Below, one piece after another: positions 1-7,499 of a stretch of 39,245 bases of DNA. The position numbers were made by a program, and so were the translations under genes. How positions within the stretch are numbered: position 1 is the stretch's first letter; the number at the start of each line of letters is the position of its first letter. Location: assembly GCA_011620345.1 (NCBI GenBank), contig WOZJ01000057.1, positions 62,001 to 101,245 on the forward strand, in the 5' to 3' direction. The notes beneath the pieces are model-generated. The model was not told where the DNA came from, made no database searches, and saw nothing but the letters and a program-made list of their open reading frames with translations. Source of the DNA: Nitrospirota bacterium (GTDB lineage: Bacteria > UBA2233).

Positions 1-24
1 CAAAAGTCTTGAATTCAGGGCCTC

Positions 25-735
25 CTAGCCGGCAAAGTACTCCGGCGGAAACGAAGATTGAAGCTGCTTGAGGGCTGTCTGAACTTGCTTGGCGTCTTTC
101 CCCTCGATTGTAACAAGCACGACAAACGGGTTGCTCTCGATTTTCGGGTAGGAGCCGATTTGGAGGTCGGGGTGCGCCTTTTGGATGGACGCGAGCGTTT
201 GGGAGAGCCATGACTCCGGAACCAAAAATGTTATCGATTCTATAAAGTAAGGGTCGGCGGAGAACTGCGAGGCGATCACCTCTAACTTCTTCTGAAACAG
301 CCTAGGAACTCCAGGGAGAACGTATACGTTCTCCATCCTCACGATAGGAAACGTTCCGTCGTCGGCCGGGATTAGGCTTGCTCCCTTCGGAATGTAAGCC
401 ATGCGCATCTTTCCTTCGAGGTGTTGAGCCCCAAGCAAGGGAAAGAGGCTGGGTTCTTGGACAAGCGGGATGCCGAAGGCGTAGGCAATCGCTTCCATCG
501 TAACGTCGTCATGGGTTGGTCCAATGCCCCCGGAGGTGATGATCGCGTCAAAAACGTGGCGCAGAGCATTGAGCTCTTGGGCGATGGCCCCGATTTCATC
601 GGGGACAACGACGACCCGTTCGAGTCTGGATCCGAGTTCCCAGATGCGCTTTGCGAGATAAGGCGTATTTTGGTCTTCAACCTTTCCTGTCAGAATCTCG
701 TTGCCCACGACGAGCAGGGCTAGCCTTAGTTCCAT
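25..735 (-). CDS. CinA-like (COG1058) molybdopterin-binding-domain protein, stand-alone
   Basis: VGNEILTGKVEDQN, SGGIGPTHDDVT, LPGVP and IGSYP motifs; no C-terminal PncC domain. Confidence 0.85.
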   Translation of the reverse strand: MELRLALLVVGNEILTGKVEDQNTPYLAKRIWELGSRLERVVVVPDEIGAIAQELNALRHVFDAIITSGGIGPTHDDVTMEAIAYAFGIPLVQEPSLFPLLGAQHLEGKMRMAYIPKGASLIPADDGTFPIVRMENVYVLPGVPRLFQKKLEVIASQFSADPYFIESITFLVPESWLSQTLASIQKAHPDLQIGSYPKIESNPFVVLVTIEGKDAKQVQTALKQLQSSFPPEYFAG

Positions 736-738
736 GGT

Positions 739-1086
739 CTACCAGAACGCGTTCTCGATATGATGGATTTTCGGGGTGGATCCGCTAAAATCGATAAAAA
801 CGCAATCAAACCGTGCCTCGTCTGTATCTGTTTCCATGGGATGTCTGAGTAGATAGGCTTGTGCAGCCGCTCGAAGCCTTCGTTGTTGAGCCCTGGTGAG
901 CGCCTCCTCCAAAGGGATCGCCTCGATGTTCGTCCTCCCCTTTACCTCGACAAAGACGAGCGTCCGTCCTGTTCTCGCAACAAGGTCGATCTCCAGCCTG
1001 TGAAACCGGACATTCTGGCCTAGGATTGCAAAGCCTCGCTCAAGCAGAAACTCCTTGGCGAGCTGCTCAGCATGCTTGCCATTCAT
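739..1086 (-). CDS. yraN: YraN (UPF0102) family putative endonuclease
   Basis: G..AE..A..FL...G..IL..N, EIDLVA, LVFVEVK, RFD, HIENAF; usual position after rnhB. Confidence 0.9.
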   Translation of the reverse strand: MNGKHAEQLAKEFLLERGFAILGQNVRFHRLEIDLVARTGRTLVFVEVKGRTNIEAIPLEEALTRAQQRRLRAAAQAYLLRHPMETDTDEARFDCVFIDFSGSTPKIHHIENAFW

Positions 1087-1687
1087 GGTGCTTTAGCGGT
1101 GCGAACGAGACGCGGTGTTCCGGGCATGGACCGAACATCCTGACTCTTTCTACGTGATAGCATGTAGGATACCCCTTGTGTACGGCAAACCCGTATGCCG
1201 GATAGCGGGCATCGAGCTTTTCCATGAGCCTATCCCGCATGGTTTTTGCAAGGATGCTGGCCGCGGCGATCGTACCCGAGAGCATATCTCCTTTAGGAAG
1301 AAGAATGCAGGGAGCTTCCGCCCTAGGGTCTAGCGTGCCGTCCACCAAAAGAATCGAAGGGGAGCATGGAAGCTCATCGAGCGCCCTTTTTGCGGCCAAG
1401 CGGAAGGCTCTTGAGATCCCAAGCGTATCTATTTCCGATGCCAGCGCGAACCCTACGGCCCACAGGCTGTTGAGGCCTACGAGAAGCTTGTGGGCCTTTA
1501 GCCGCTGGCCAGGAGTAAGTTTTTTGGAATCATCGAGCGCAAGGCTCTCCATCGTCGGCGTGTATGTAAACACACCTACCGCCAAAGGCCCGGCAATGGG
1601 GCCTCTCCCCGCCTCGTCCATCCCTGCGAGGCTTAGGCTCGGATCGCCCTGAAATAGCCTGTGCTCTAGGGCATACCCTGCGGCCAA
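1067..1687 (-). CDS. rnhB: Ribonuclease HII
   Basis: GMDEAGRGPIAGP, DSKKL, VDG, KGD..IAAASILAK, HKGYPT, HRVSF; TTG start abuts rplS stop. Confidence 0.95.
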   Translation of the reverse strand: MAAGYALEHRLFQGDPSLSLAGMDEAGRGPIAGPLAVGVFTYTPTMESLALDDSKKLTPGQRLKAHKLLVGLNSLWAVGFALASEIDTLGISRAFRLAAKRALDELPCSPSILLVDGTLDPRAEAPCILLPKGDMLSGTIAAASILAKTMRDRLMEKLDARYPAYGFAVHKGYPTCYHVERVRMFGPCPEHRVSFAPLKHHEWQAC

Positions 1688-2056
1688 CTAAACTTCCTGC
1701 TCCCGGTAGGCTACTGTTCCCTTGAGCCTCGTGGCCCGTTTGCCCTTTAGGCCTCTTAGGTAGTATAGCCTGGCCCTGCGAACGTGGCCGCGGCTCAGGA
1801 TCTTGACGTCCGCGATCAACGGGGACATCGTAGGGAAGATTCTTTCGACACCCACGCCGTGAGAAATTTTTCGAACGGTAAACATACTGTCGGAACCGCC
1901 CTTGCGGATACGAATAATAATGCCCCGAAATACCTGGATGCGCTCCTTCTCGCCCTCGCGCACCCTGTAGTGAACTTCTACGGTATCGCCTACGCGTATG
2001 AGGGAAAAGAAGCCGGGTAGGGGCGGAAGCTCAAGCCGGTCGGTCAATGTGTTCAT
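1688..2056 (-). CDS. rplS: 50S ribosomal protein L19
   Basis: [44 protein letters not shown]; start moved to ATG 2056 (GAGGAG RBS at 2061-2066, ATGA overlap with trmD). Confidence 0.97.
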   Translation of the reverse strand: MNTLTDRLELPPLPGFFSLIRVGDTVEVHYRVREGEKERIQVFRGIIIRIRKGGSDSMFTVRKISHGVGVERIFPTMSPLIADVKILSRGHVRRARLYYLRGLKGKRATRLKGTVAYREQEV

Positions 2057-2838
2057 GGTTCTCCTCGTTCTCTTTTGATCCATCCTCTTTGATAAGGATA
2101 CCTTCTGTTTTGAATCTTTTCCAGGAGGCGGCGTTCCATTGGGCCCAGGTTGGCCTGTGCAAGCAGTTCGGGACGGTTGAGGAAGGTTGTTAGAAGGGTG
2201 TGGTAACGCCGGAACAGGCGGATCTTGCCGTGATTTCCGGAGAACAGGACGCTCGGAACGCTGTAGCCCTCAAACACTCTTGGCCTTGTAAACTGAGGGT
2301 ATTCGAGTAAGCCGTCGGAGAAGCTCTCCTCGGATACGCTTGATGGGTCGCCCACGACTCCTGGGATCAGCCTGGAAACCGCCTCGATCACGACGAGCGC
2401 GGCGGCTTCCCCGCCCAAAAGTACGACGTCCGTCACGCAGGCTTCATGGTCGACAAAATTAAGAAGACGGTCGTCTACGCCCTCGTAGCGGCCGCAGACG
2501 AGGATGGCCCCCTGGCCTTCGGCCAGGTTTTGAACAAAGGGCTGCGTTAGGCGCTTTCCCCTGGCCGACAAAAGGACAACGGGGGCTTCTTTGGCTTGAA
2601 CGAGTGCCTTTGCCTTTTGGATGGCTTTAGCGAGCGGTGCAGCCTCCATTACCATTCCTGCGCCCCCGCCAAACGGTGCATCGTCCACGTGTCCAAACTT
2701 ATCGCGGGCGAACTCCCTAGGGCTCACGTAGGCCACCTCGATCGTCCGTTCCTCTAGTGCCTTTCCAAGCAACGAGGACTTGAGAGGGGCCTCGAAGTAG
2801 TCCGGGAAAAGCGTGACCAGGCCGAATCGAAATGCCAT
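2053..2838 (-). CDS. trmD: tRNA (guanine-N1)-methyltransferase TrmD
   Basis: [44 protein letters not shown]. Confidence 0.97.
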   Translation of the reverse strand: MAFRFGLVTLFPDYFEAPLKSSLLGKALEERTIEVAYVSPREFARDKFGHVDDAPFGGGAGMVMEAAPLAKAIQKAKALVQAKEAPVVLLSARGKRLTQPFVQNLAEGQGAILVCGRYEGVDDRLLNFVDHEACVTDVVLLGGEAAALVVIEAVSRLIPGVVGDPSSVSEESFSDGLLEYPQFTRPRVFEGYSVPSVLFSGNHGKIRLFRRYHTLLTTFLNRPELLAQANLGPMERRLLEKIQNRRYPYQRGWIKRERGEP

Positions 2839-2877
2839 GGGCGTCCGTTCTGCAATTTGGATGAATGGGGCTCTATT

Positions 2878-3390
2878 CTAGGGAAGGCAGGCAGGGTCGA
2901 AAACGACCAAGCGCTCTTCGATGCTGAGCTTATGAACGTAAGTATCGAGAAGGGGGATGAGCACTTCGTTTCGGCCCTCGTCCTGAACTACAAGAATGTC
3001 TAAGTTATGCGGCTTCATGACGCGGTTTACGGTTCCAAAATACCTGCCTTGGGTGTCGAAAGCACGGATACCCACTAAGTCGGAGCTGAAGAACTCCCCC
3101 TCTTGGAGTGAAGGTAGGTCTTCTTCGTGTACGAGAAGCGTGGCGCCCCGTAACTTCTCGGCCTGCTCCAGGGAGCATAGCCCCTCAAATTTCAATAGAA
3201 AGCGGCTGCCGTAAGGCTTTGCTGATTCAATCTTCAAGGACAAGCCTTGCACAAGGACACGGGAACCCTCTCGAAATAAATGGCCGTAGTCTGGCACGGC
3301 CTGAACCCAAACCTCGCCCTTTAGCCCTTTCGGCCTATTGATCTGGCCTATCGTCCGAAGATGAGACACCGTTCCATCAGACTTATTCAT
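2878..3390 (-). CDS. rimM: Ribosome maturation factor RimM (start ambiguous: ATG 3405, ATG 3390 or GTG 3369)
   Basis: IGQI..PKGLKGEV, LKFEG, DLP.L.EGEFF..DLVG, EVLIP; conserved position between khpA and trmD; the upstream ATGs lie inside an inserted element. Confidence 0.93.
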   Translation of the reverse strand: MNKSDGTVSHLRTIGQINRPKGLKGEVWVQAVPDYGHLFREGSRVLVQGLSLKIESAKPYGSRFLLKFEGLCSLEQAEKLRGATLLVHEEDLPSLQEGEFFSSDLVGIRAFDTQGRYFGTVNRVMKPHNLDILVVQDEGRNEVLIPLLDTYVHKLSIEERLVVFDPACLP

Positions 3391-3511
3391 TCTTGCTCGC
3401 TGCATGAACGAAGCTGACTTCCTGCTTCGTAGAGGCTGGTTTCACGCGGGCCTTGCGGCCTACGTCAGAGCCTTCCTCTCCACAGGCTGACACCGTGGAA
3501 CTCACGGCCAG
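3369..3511 (-). ncRNA. Putative TnpB omega-RNA (reRNA) scaffold
   Basis: Nested stems on the minus strand: CCGTG/CACGG hairpin, CCTG/CAGG, TGGA/TCTA, GGCT/AGCC, ACGTAGGCC-GCAA-GGCCCGCGT with GNRA loop; GCCTGTGGAG...GAAGCAGGAA scaffold signature; ends at the element right end. Confidence 0.6.
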
Positions 3512-3526
3512 GTTTCTCAAGTCCAT
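3383..3526 (-). pseudogene. tnpB: Remnant of tnpB C-terminal tail (47 codons)
   Basis: Translates as MDLRNLAVSSTVSACGEEGSDVGRKARVKPASTKQEVSFVHAASKNE, matching the NL.NLAVSSTVSACGE...S.KQE tail of IS607-type TnpB; no RuvC or zinc-finger domain remains. Confidence 0.7.
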
Positions 3527-3555
3527 ATTACATATGAATGCGCCAGAATAAGCAA
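3527..3555 (-). promoter_or_regulatory. Possible sigma70 promoter inside the element left end
   Basis: TTGCTT-N17-TGTAAT; predicted start near 3520, just upstream of the RNA scaffold. Confidence 0.35.
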
Positions 3556-3580
3556 CTACACCAGAAACTGTTGAACCCCA

Positions 3581-3841
3581 TTAGGCCATAGGCTCGATGA
3601 TCTCGAGGATTGCCCGCTTACGAACCTTGGCGGAGGCTGCCGACAAGATGGTCCGAATGGCTCGAGCCGTTCTGCCGTCTTTGCCTATAACTTTGCCAAG
3701 ATCCTCCTTCGCCACGCTCAACTCCAGGACGCAGCTTCGCTCCCCGTCTACCTCTTGGACGCGTACAGCGTCTGGGTTGTCAACGAGAACTCGCGCGATT
3801 TGCTCGACAAGATCTTTGAGGCTCTGATTTGCAATGGGCAT
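3581..3841 (-). CDS. khpA: KH-domain RNA-binding protein KhpA (YlqC/UPF0109)
   Basis: [28 protein letters not shown] (GxxG loop); ATG 3841 with GGAGG 6 nt upstream. Confidence 0.93.
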   Translation of the reverse strand: MPIANQSLKDLVEQIARVLVDNPDAVRVQEVDGERSCVLELSVAKEDLGKVIGKDGRTARAIRTILSAASAKVRKRAILEIIEPMA

Positions 3842-3868
3842 TCCCAACCTCCGCTTTGTGGTGGTGCG

Positions 3869-4102
3869 TTACGTAGCCCGCTTGATCAAACTCCTTACCG
3901 TATCCGTAGGTTGAGCCCCTTGGGATACCCAGTAGGCGTAGCGCTCCTTATCGAGCATGACCTCTATGGATTGCTTGAGGGGGTCGTAAAAACCGAGCGC
4001 TTCGATATAATTTCCGCTTGGTGCTTTAGGCTTTTCCTGGACCACGATCCGGTAAAAGGGCCTGTTACGTTTTCCTTTTCGAACGAGACGAATAGAGAGC
4101 AT
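3869..4102 (-). CDS. rpsP: 30S ribosomal protein S16
   Basis: IRL.R.G....PFYRIVV, IEALGFYDP, YWVSQGAQPTDTV. Confidence 0.97.
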   Translation of the reverse strand: MLSIRLVRKGKRNRPFYRIVVQEKPKAPSGNYIEALGFYDPLKQSIEVMLDKERYAYWVSQGAQPTDTVRSLIKRAT

Positions 4103-4144
4103 GGAGTAGTTCCTCCTGTTGGAAGATCATAGGAAGGATTGGCT

Positions 4145-5479
4145 CTAGGGCATACCAGAAAGCAGCCCCCGCAATCCTTTACGATTGCCCGTAAGCTGTC
4201 CGACGAGCTTTTTGGTCTCTTCGAATTGTTTAAGTAGTTGATTGATCTCCTGAACCCTTGTGCCTGATCCAGAAGCGATGCGCTTCCTTCTGGACCCGTT
4301 TAGGATTTCAGGGCGTTGACGCTCTTGGCGTGTCATCGAGTTCAGAATGGCCTCAACGTGCTTGAAGCGCCCTTCCAGTTTGGCGGAATCTATCTCTGAG
4401 GCAACCTTGGAGAACCCTGGGATCATCCCCATGATGCCCGAGAGGGGCCCTAGCTTTTTCATGGTCCGGATCTGGTCGCGGAAGTCCTCGAGCGTGAAGC
4501 TCTTTGTACGGAGCTTTTTCTCGAGCTGTTTTGCGTGTTCTTCTTCGAAGGTTTCCTTCGCCCTCTCGATCAGCGTAAGGACATCGCCCATTCCAAGGAT
4601 CCTCGAAGCCATCCTCTCGGGGTGAAAGACCTCTAGGTCCGAGGGGCGTTCTCCCGTGCCGATGAGCTTGATCGGAACGCCCGTGATTTCTCGCATAGAG
4701 AGCGCACACCCACCCCTGGCGTCTCCGTCCATCTTTGTAAGGACAATGCCGGTAAGTCCTACCGCCTCATGGAACGTGCCGGCAAGCTTGAGGGCGTCTT
4801 GTCCCGTCATGGCATCTGCAACGAGCAAGACCTCTTTGGGTTGGATGCGTTGTTTCATCTGGACAAGCTCTTTCATGAGCGCTTCGTCAGCATGAAGACG
4901 TCCTTGGGTGTCCAGGATGAGCGTGTCGTACCGCGACGTCCTGAGGAAGTCGATAGCCTCCTCAGCGAGCGCAAGCGGGCTTTTTGGGCGTTTTCCCCAA
5001 GGATAGACGTGAACGTTGAGCGCCTTTGCGAGCGTGAGAAGCTGTTCGAGCGCCGCAGGACGCTTGACGTCCGTCGTGGCGAGGAGCGGCTCGAGCCGTT
5101 TGCGTTTCAGGTGGAGGGCCAGCTTTGCCGCCGTGGTCGTTTTACCCGAGCCCTGGACTCCTACAAGAAGGATGACGTGTGGAGGGGCGCCTTTCAAGGC
5201 GAGGTCTTGCGCTTCCGTACCGAGCAGCGCCTTAAGCTCTTCGTGGACAATCATCAGCAAGTGTTGGTCCGGGGTAAGCGATTCGAACACGCGTTGGCCT
5301 AAAGCCTTCTCGCGAACACGCTCCAAGAAGGCTCTGGCCACCTGAAAATGGACGTCCGCCTCAAGCAGTGCCCTCCGGATTTCCCGGAACGCCGCCTCGA
5401 TATGCCCTTCCTTGATGACACCCGTTCCCTTGAGGGTTCTCAGGGCCTCGTTTAGCCGCTCTTGCAGCCTTTCAAACAT
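4145..5479 (-). CDS. ffh: Signal recognition particle protein Ffh
   Basis: ALLEADV, GVQGSGKTTT, DTQGR, DAMTGQDA, TKMDGDARGG, RILGMGD, M domain RRKRIASGSG. Confidence 0.98.
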   Translation of the reverse strand: MFERLQERLNEALRTLKGTGVIKEGHIEAAFREIRRALLEADVHFQVARAFLERVREKALGQRVFESLTPDQHLLMIVHEELKALLGTEAQDLALKGAPPHVILLVGVQGSGKTTTAAKLALHLKRKRLEPLLATTDVKRPAALEQLLTLAKALNVHVYPWGKRPKSPLALAEEAIDFLRTSRYDTLILDTQGRLHADEALMKELVQMKQRIQPKEVLLVADAMTGQDALKLAGTFHEAVGLTGIVLTKMDGDARGGCALSMREITGVPIKLIGTGERPSDLEVFHPERMASRILGMGDVLTLIERAKETFEEEHAKQLEKKLRTKSFTLEDFRDQIRTMKKLGPLSGIMGMIPGFSKVASEIDSAKLEGRFKHVEAILNSMTRQERQRPEILNGSRRKRIASGSGTRVQEINQLLKQFEETKKLVGQLTGNRKGLRGLLSGMP

Positions 5480-5605
5480 CCGTCGCGCTCCGCCCTTGAA
5501 CGATCAAGGATAGGCCTTTCTTTAGGGGTTTTGGTAGAATAGCCTTTATGGGTTGCAACCAAGGCGGGGATAGGGAAAAACCTGTTCCGATTTGTAAAAC
5601 TTCTT

Positions 5606-5635
5606 TTGCTAAAGCAACCCTGTTCTTCCTATATT
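5606..5635 (+). promoter_or_regulatory. Putative sigma70 promoter of tsaD-rsmA
   Basis: TTGCTA-N18-TATATT upstream of ATG 5674. Confidence 0.4.
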
Positions 5636-5673
5636 TGCACGGATCAACCGTAAAATCAAGAGTTGAGCATGCC

Positions 5674-6684
5674 ATGGATCGTTCCGTTGTCGTAGGAATC
5701 GATACGTCGTGCGATGAAACCTCGGTGGGCATAGTAAACCCTCGAGGAAGGATGCTCGCGAACATCGTGAGCTCCCAGGCCTCGGTATTCGCGAGCTATG
5801 GCGGGGTTGTCCCTGAAATGGCCGCAAGAGAGCACATGTCCCGTATCCGTGGCGTATACCGGGCTGCCCTCGATGCCGGGCACGTCTGCCCAGAGCAAGT
5901 TGCCGGAATTGCCGTGACCCGGGGGCCTGGGCTTTCAGGCTGCCTTGGCATCGGCATTGCGTTTGCTAAAGGGCTGGGCGTAGGGTTCGATGTTCCCGTT
6001 GTCGGCGTTGACCATGTTGAAGGCCATATCTATGCCGCGTTCTTGGCCTACCCGGAGCTTACCCCGCCGTTTGGATACCTCGTTGCGTCCGGGGGACACA
6101 CGCAGATAGGGGTGTTCGAAAAAGAAGGCAGAATCCGTGTGCTTGGGGAGACGCGAGACGATGCTGCGGGAGAAGCGCTGGACAAAGGGGCGAAGCTGCT
6201 TGGTTTTCCCTACCCTGGAGGCCCGGCACTCGACAGGGTAGGGATGGGGGCGCCTAGGCCGCTAGGCGTTGCGTTTCCACGCCCGCGCATCCCCGGAAGG
6301 CCTCTTTCTTTCAGCTTTAGCGGCCTCAAAACCGCGCTTGCCTTCTATCTTGAACGCACAAGAGGAGATGTCCCCATCTCGGAGCTCGTCCAAACGGCCG
6401 GTGCAGCCTACCTCGATGCCGTCCTGGAAAGTCTCGTGAAACGGGTGTTTCGGCTTACCGAGCAGGCTTCCCTTCGCACGTTCGTCGTCTGTGGGGGTGT
6501 TGCAGCTTCAAGGAGGTTAAGGCAGATGCTCCAAGAACAGGCCGTTTCCAAGGGTTTGACGGTTCGAATACTGTTCCCGCCCCCAGACCTCTGCACCGAC
6601 AACGGAGCCATGATCGCAAGAGCCGGGCTTGTTCGGCTCAGCAAGGGCCATGACGAAACGGATACGCTCGATATTCCAAGATGA
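5674..6684 (+). CDS. tsaD: tRNA threonylcarbamoyltransferase TsaD
   Basis: GIDTSCDETS, GGVVPEMAAREH, HVEGH, SGGHT, DDAAGEALDK, FSFSGLKT, CTDNGAMIA; start trimmed to ATG 5674. Confidence 0.97.
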   Translation: MDRSVVVGIDTSCDETSVGIVNPRGRMLANIVSSQASVFASYGGVVPEMAAREHMSRIRGVYRAALDAGHVCPEQVAGIAVTRGPGLSGCLGIGIAFAKGLGVGFDVPVVGVDHVEGHIYAAFLAYPELTPPFGYLVASGGHTQIGVFEKEGRIRVLGETRDDAAGEALDKGAKLLGFPYPGGPALDRVGMGAPRPLGVAFPRPRIPGRPLSFSFSGLKTALAFYLERTRGDVPISELVQTAGAAYLDAVLESLVKRVFRLTEQASLRTFVVCGGVAASRRLRQMLQEQAVSKGLTVRILFPPPDLCTDNGAMIARAGLVRLSKGHDETDTLDIPR

Positions 6685-7499
6685 CGAACAAAAAGCCTCC
6701 GCTCGGCCAGCATTTCCTAAGGCACCCCGAGCTTGCCCAAAAGATCGTTGCATGCTTGGGGGAAGGCCCGTTTGGCACGGTAGTGGAGATCGGCCCGGGA
6801 AAGGGAAGCCTTACGGAAGCGCTCGTCTCGAAATGCCGCCGCCTTGTTTTGGTCGAGCGCGACCCCAAGCTCATACCTCAGCTGAAAGAGCGTTTCGAGC
6901 CTTTGGGGGTGGAGGTTATTGAAGGGGATGCAAGGACGTTTTCGCTCGGCACGTTTCTTAAAGAAGGCGAAAGAGCATCCGTTGTGTCAAACTTGCCTTT
7001 CTACGCGCAAGCGCCCATTCTCATGACGTTGCTCGAGCAATCCTTTTGGGTTGAGCGCATGGTGTTGATGTTCCAAAAAGAGGTGGCCGAGAGGATTATG
7101 GCGAAGCCCTCCAGCAAGGCTTACGGGCTATTGTCGGTGTTCAGCCAACTTTATTCGTCTATCGAAAAAGGGCTGTTTGTTCCGAAAGGAGCGTTTTCAC
7201 CTAGCCCCAAAGTCGATGCGATGGTGCTCGTATTTGACCCCTATCCGACCCCAAAGGTTTTCCCTAAGGATATCGGCTACTTTTCCTTGCTGTTGAGGCA
7301 TCTGTTCCAATCGCGAAGAAAAACCCTCCGTGCCACGCTTCGGCGGTTGGGCTACAAGGAGGCCCTCGAGAGCCTAAGCCTCGAAGGGGCTGGCGGATTA
7401 TCGACAGACTTTTCTAGGCGGCCAGAAGAGCTTTTCCCCGAAGAGCTCGTGATGCTGGCCGATGCGTTACAGCCTTTTAAAACAAGTAACGAACCATAA
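6681..7499 (+). CDS. rsmA: 16S rRNA m6,2A dimethyltransferase RsmA/KsgA
   Basis: LGQHFL, VEIGPGKGSLT, SNLPF, MFQKEVAERI, FSPSPKVD, RRKTL. Confidence 0.96.
   Translation: MTNKKPPLGQHFLRHPELAQKIVACLGEGPFGTVVEIGPGKGSLTEALVSKCRRLVLVERDPKLIPQLKERFEPLGVEVIEGDARTFSLGTFLKEGERASVVSNLPFYAQAPILMTLLEQSFWVERMVLMFQKEVAERIMAKPSSKAYGLLSVFSQLYSSIEKGLFVPKGAFSPSPKVDAMVLVFDPYPTPKVFPKDIGYFSLLLRHLFQSRRKTLRATLRRLGYKEALESLSLEGAGGLSTDFSRRPEELFPEELVMLADALQPFKTSNEP

Larger units (their letters stand above)
3369..3579 (-). mobile_element. Non-autonomous IS607-family miniature element (tnpA and most of tnpB deleted)
   Basis: Bounded by GG dinucleotides (minus strand: within GGGG 3579-3576, and 3370-3369). Removing it can restore TA-ATG-GTG-TCT-CAT, a rimM start coupled to the khpA stop. 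It contains a TnpB-tail-like reading frame, TTCTGG direct repeats 18 bp apart at the left end and an ...AAGTCTGATGGAACGG right end. Family recognised from memory of the consensus. Confidence 0.75.

Noticed and set aside
3438-3468. Hammerhead-like string CTGACGTA-GGCC-GCAA-GGCC-CGCGT-GAAAC (minus strand)
   Set aside because: Core deviates from CUGANGA...GAAA through insertions and lacks stems I/III; better explained as part of the tnpB-tail RNA scaffold
3404-3490. 28-codon plus-strand ORF MNEADFLLRRGWFHAGLAAYVRAFLSTG
   Set aside because: No RBS, antisense to the operon and to the tnpB remnant
3406-3580. SRP RNA or riboswitch near ffh
   Set aside because: No SRP helix-8 (CAGG...GNRA...AGCAG) arrangement and no recognisable riboswitch consensus
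5548-5673. N-terminal extension of TsaD in the ORF track
   Set aside because: Homology starts at MDRSVVVGIDTSCD, and the extension spans a promoter-like region
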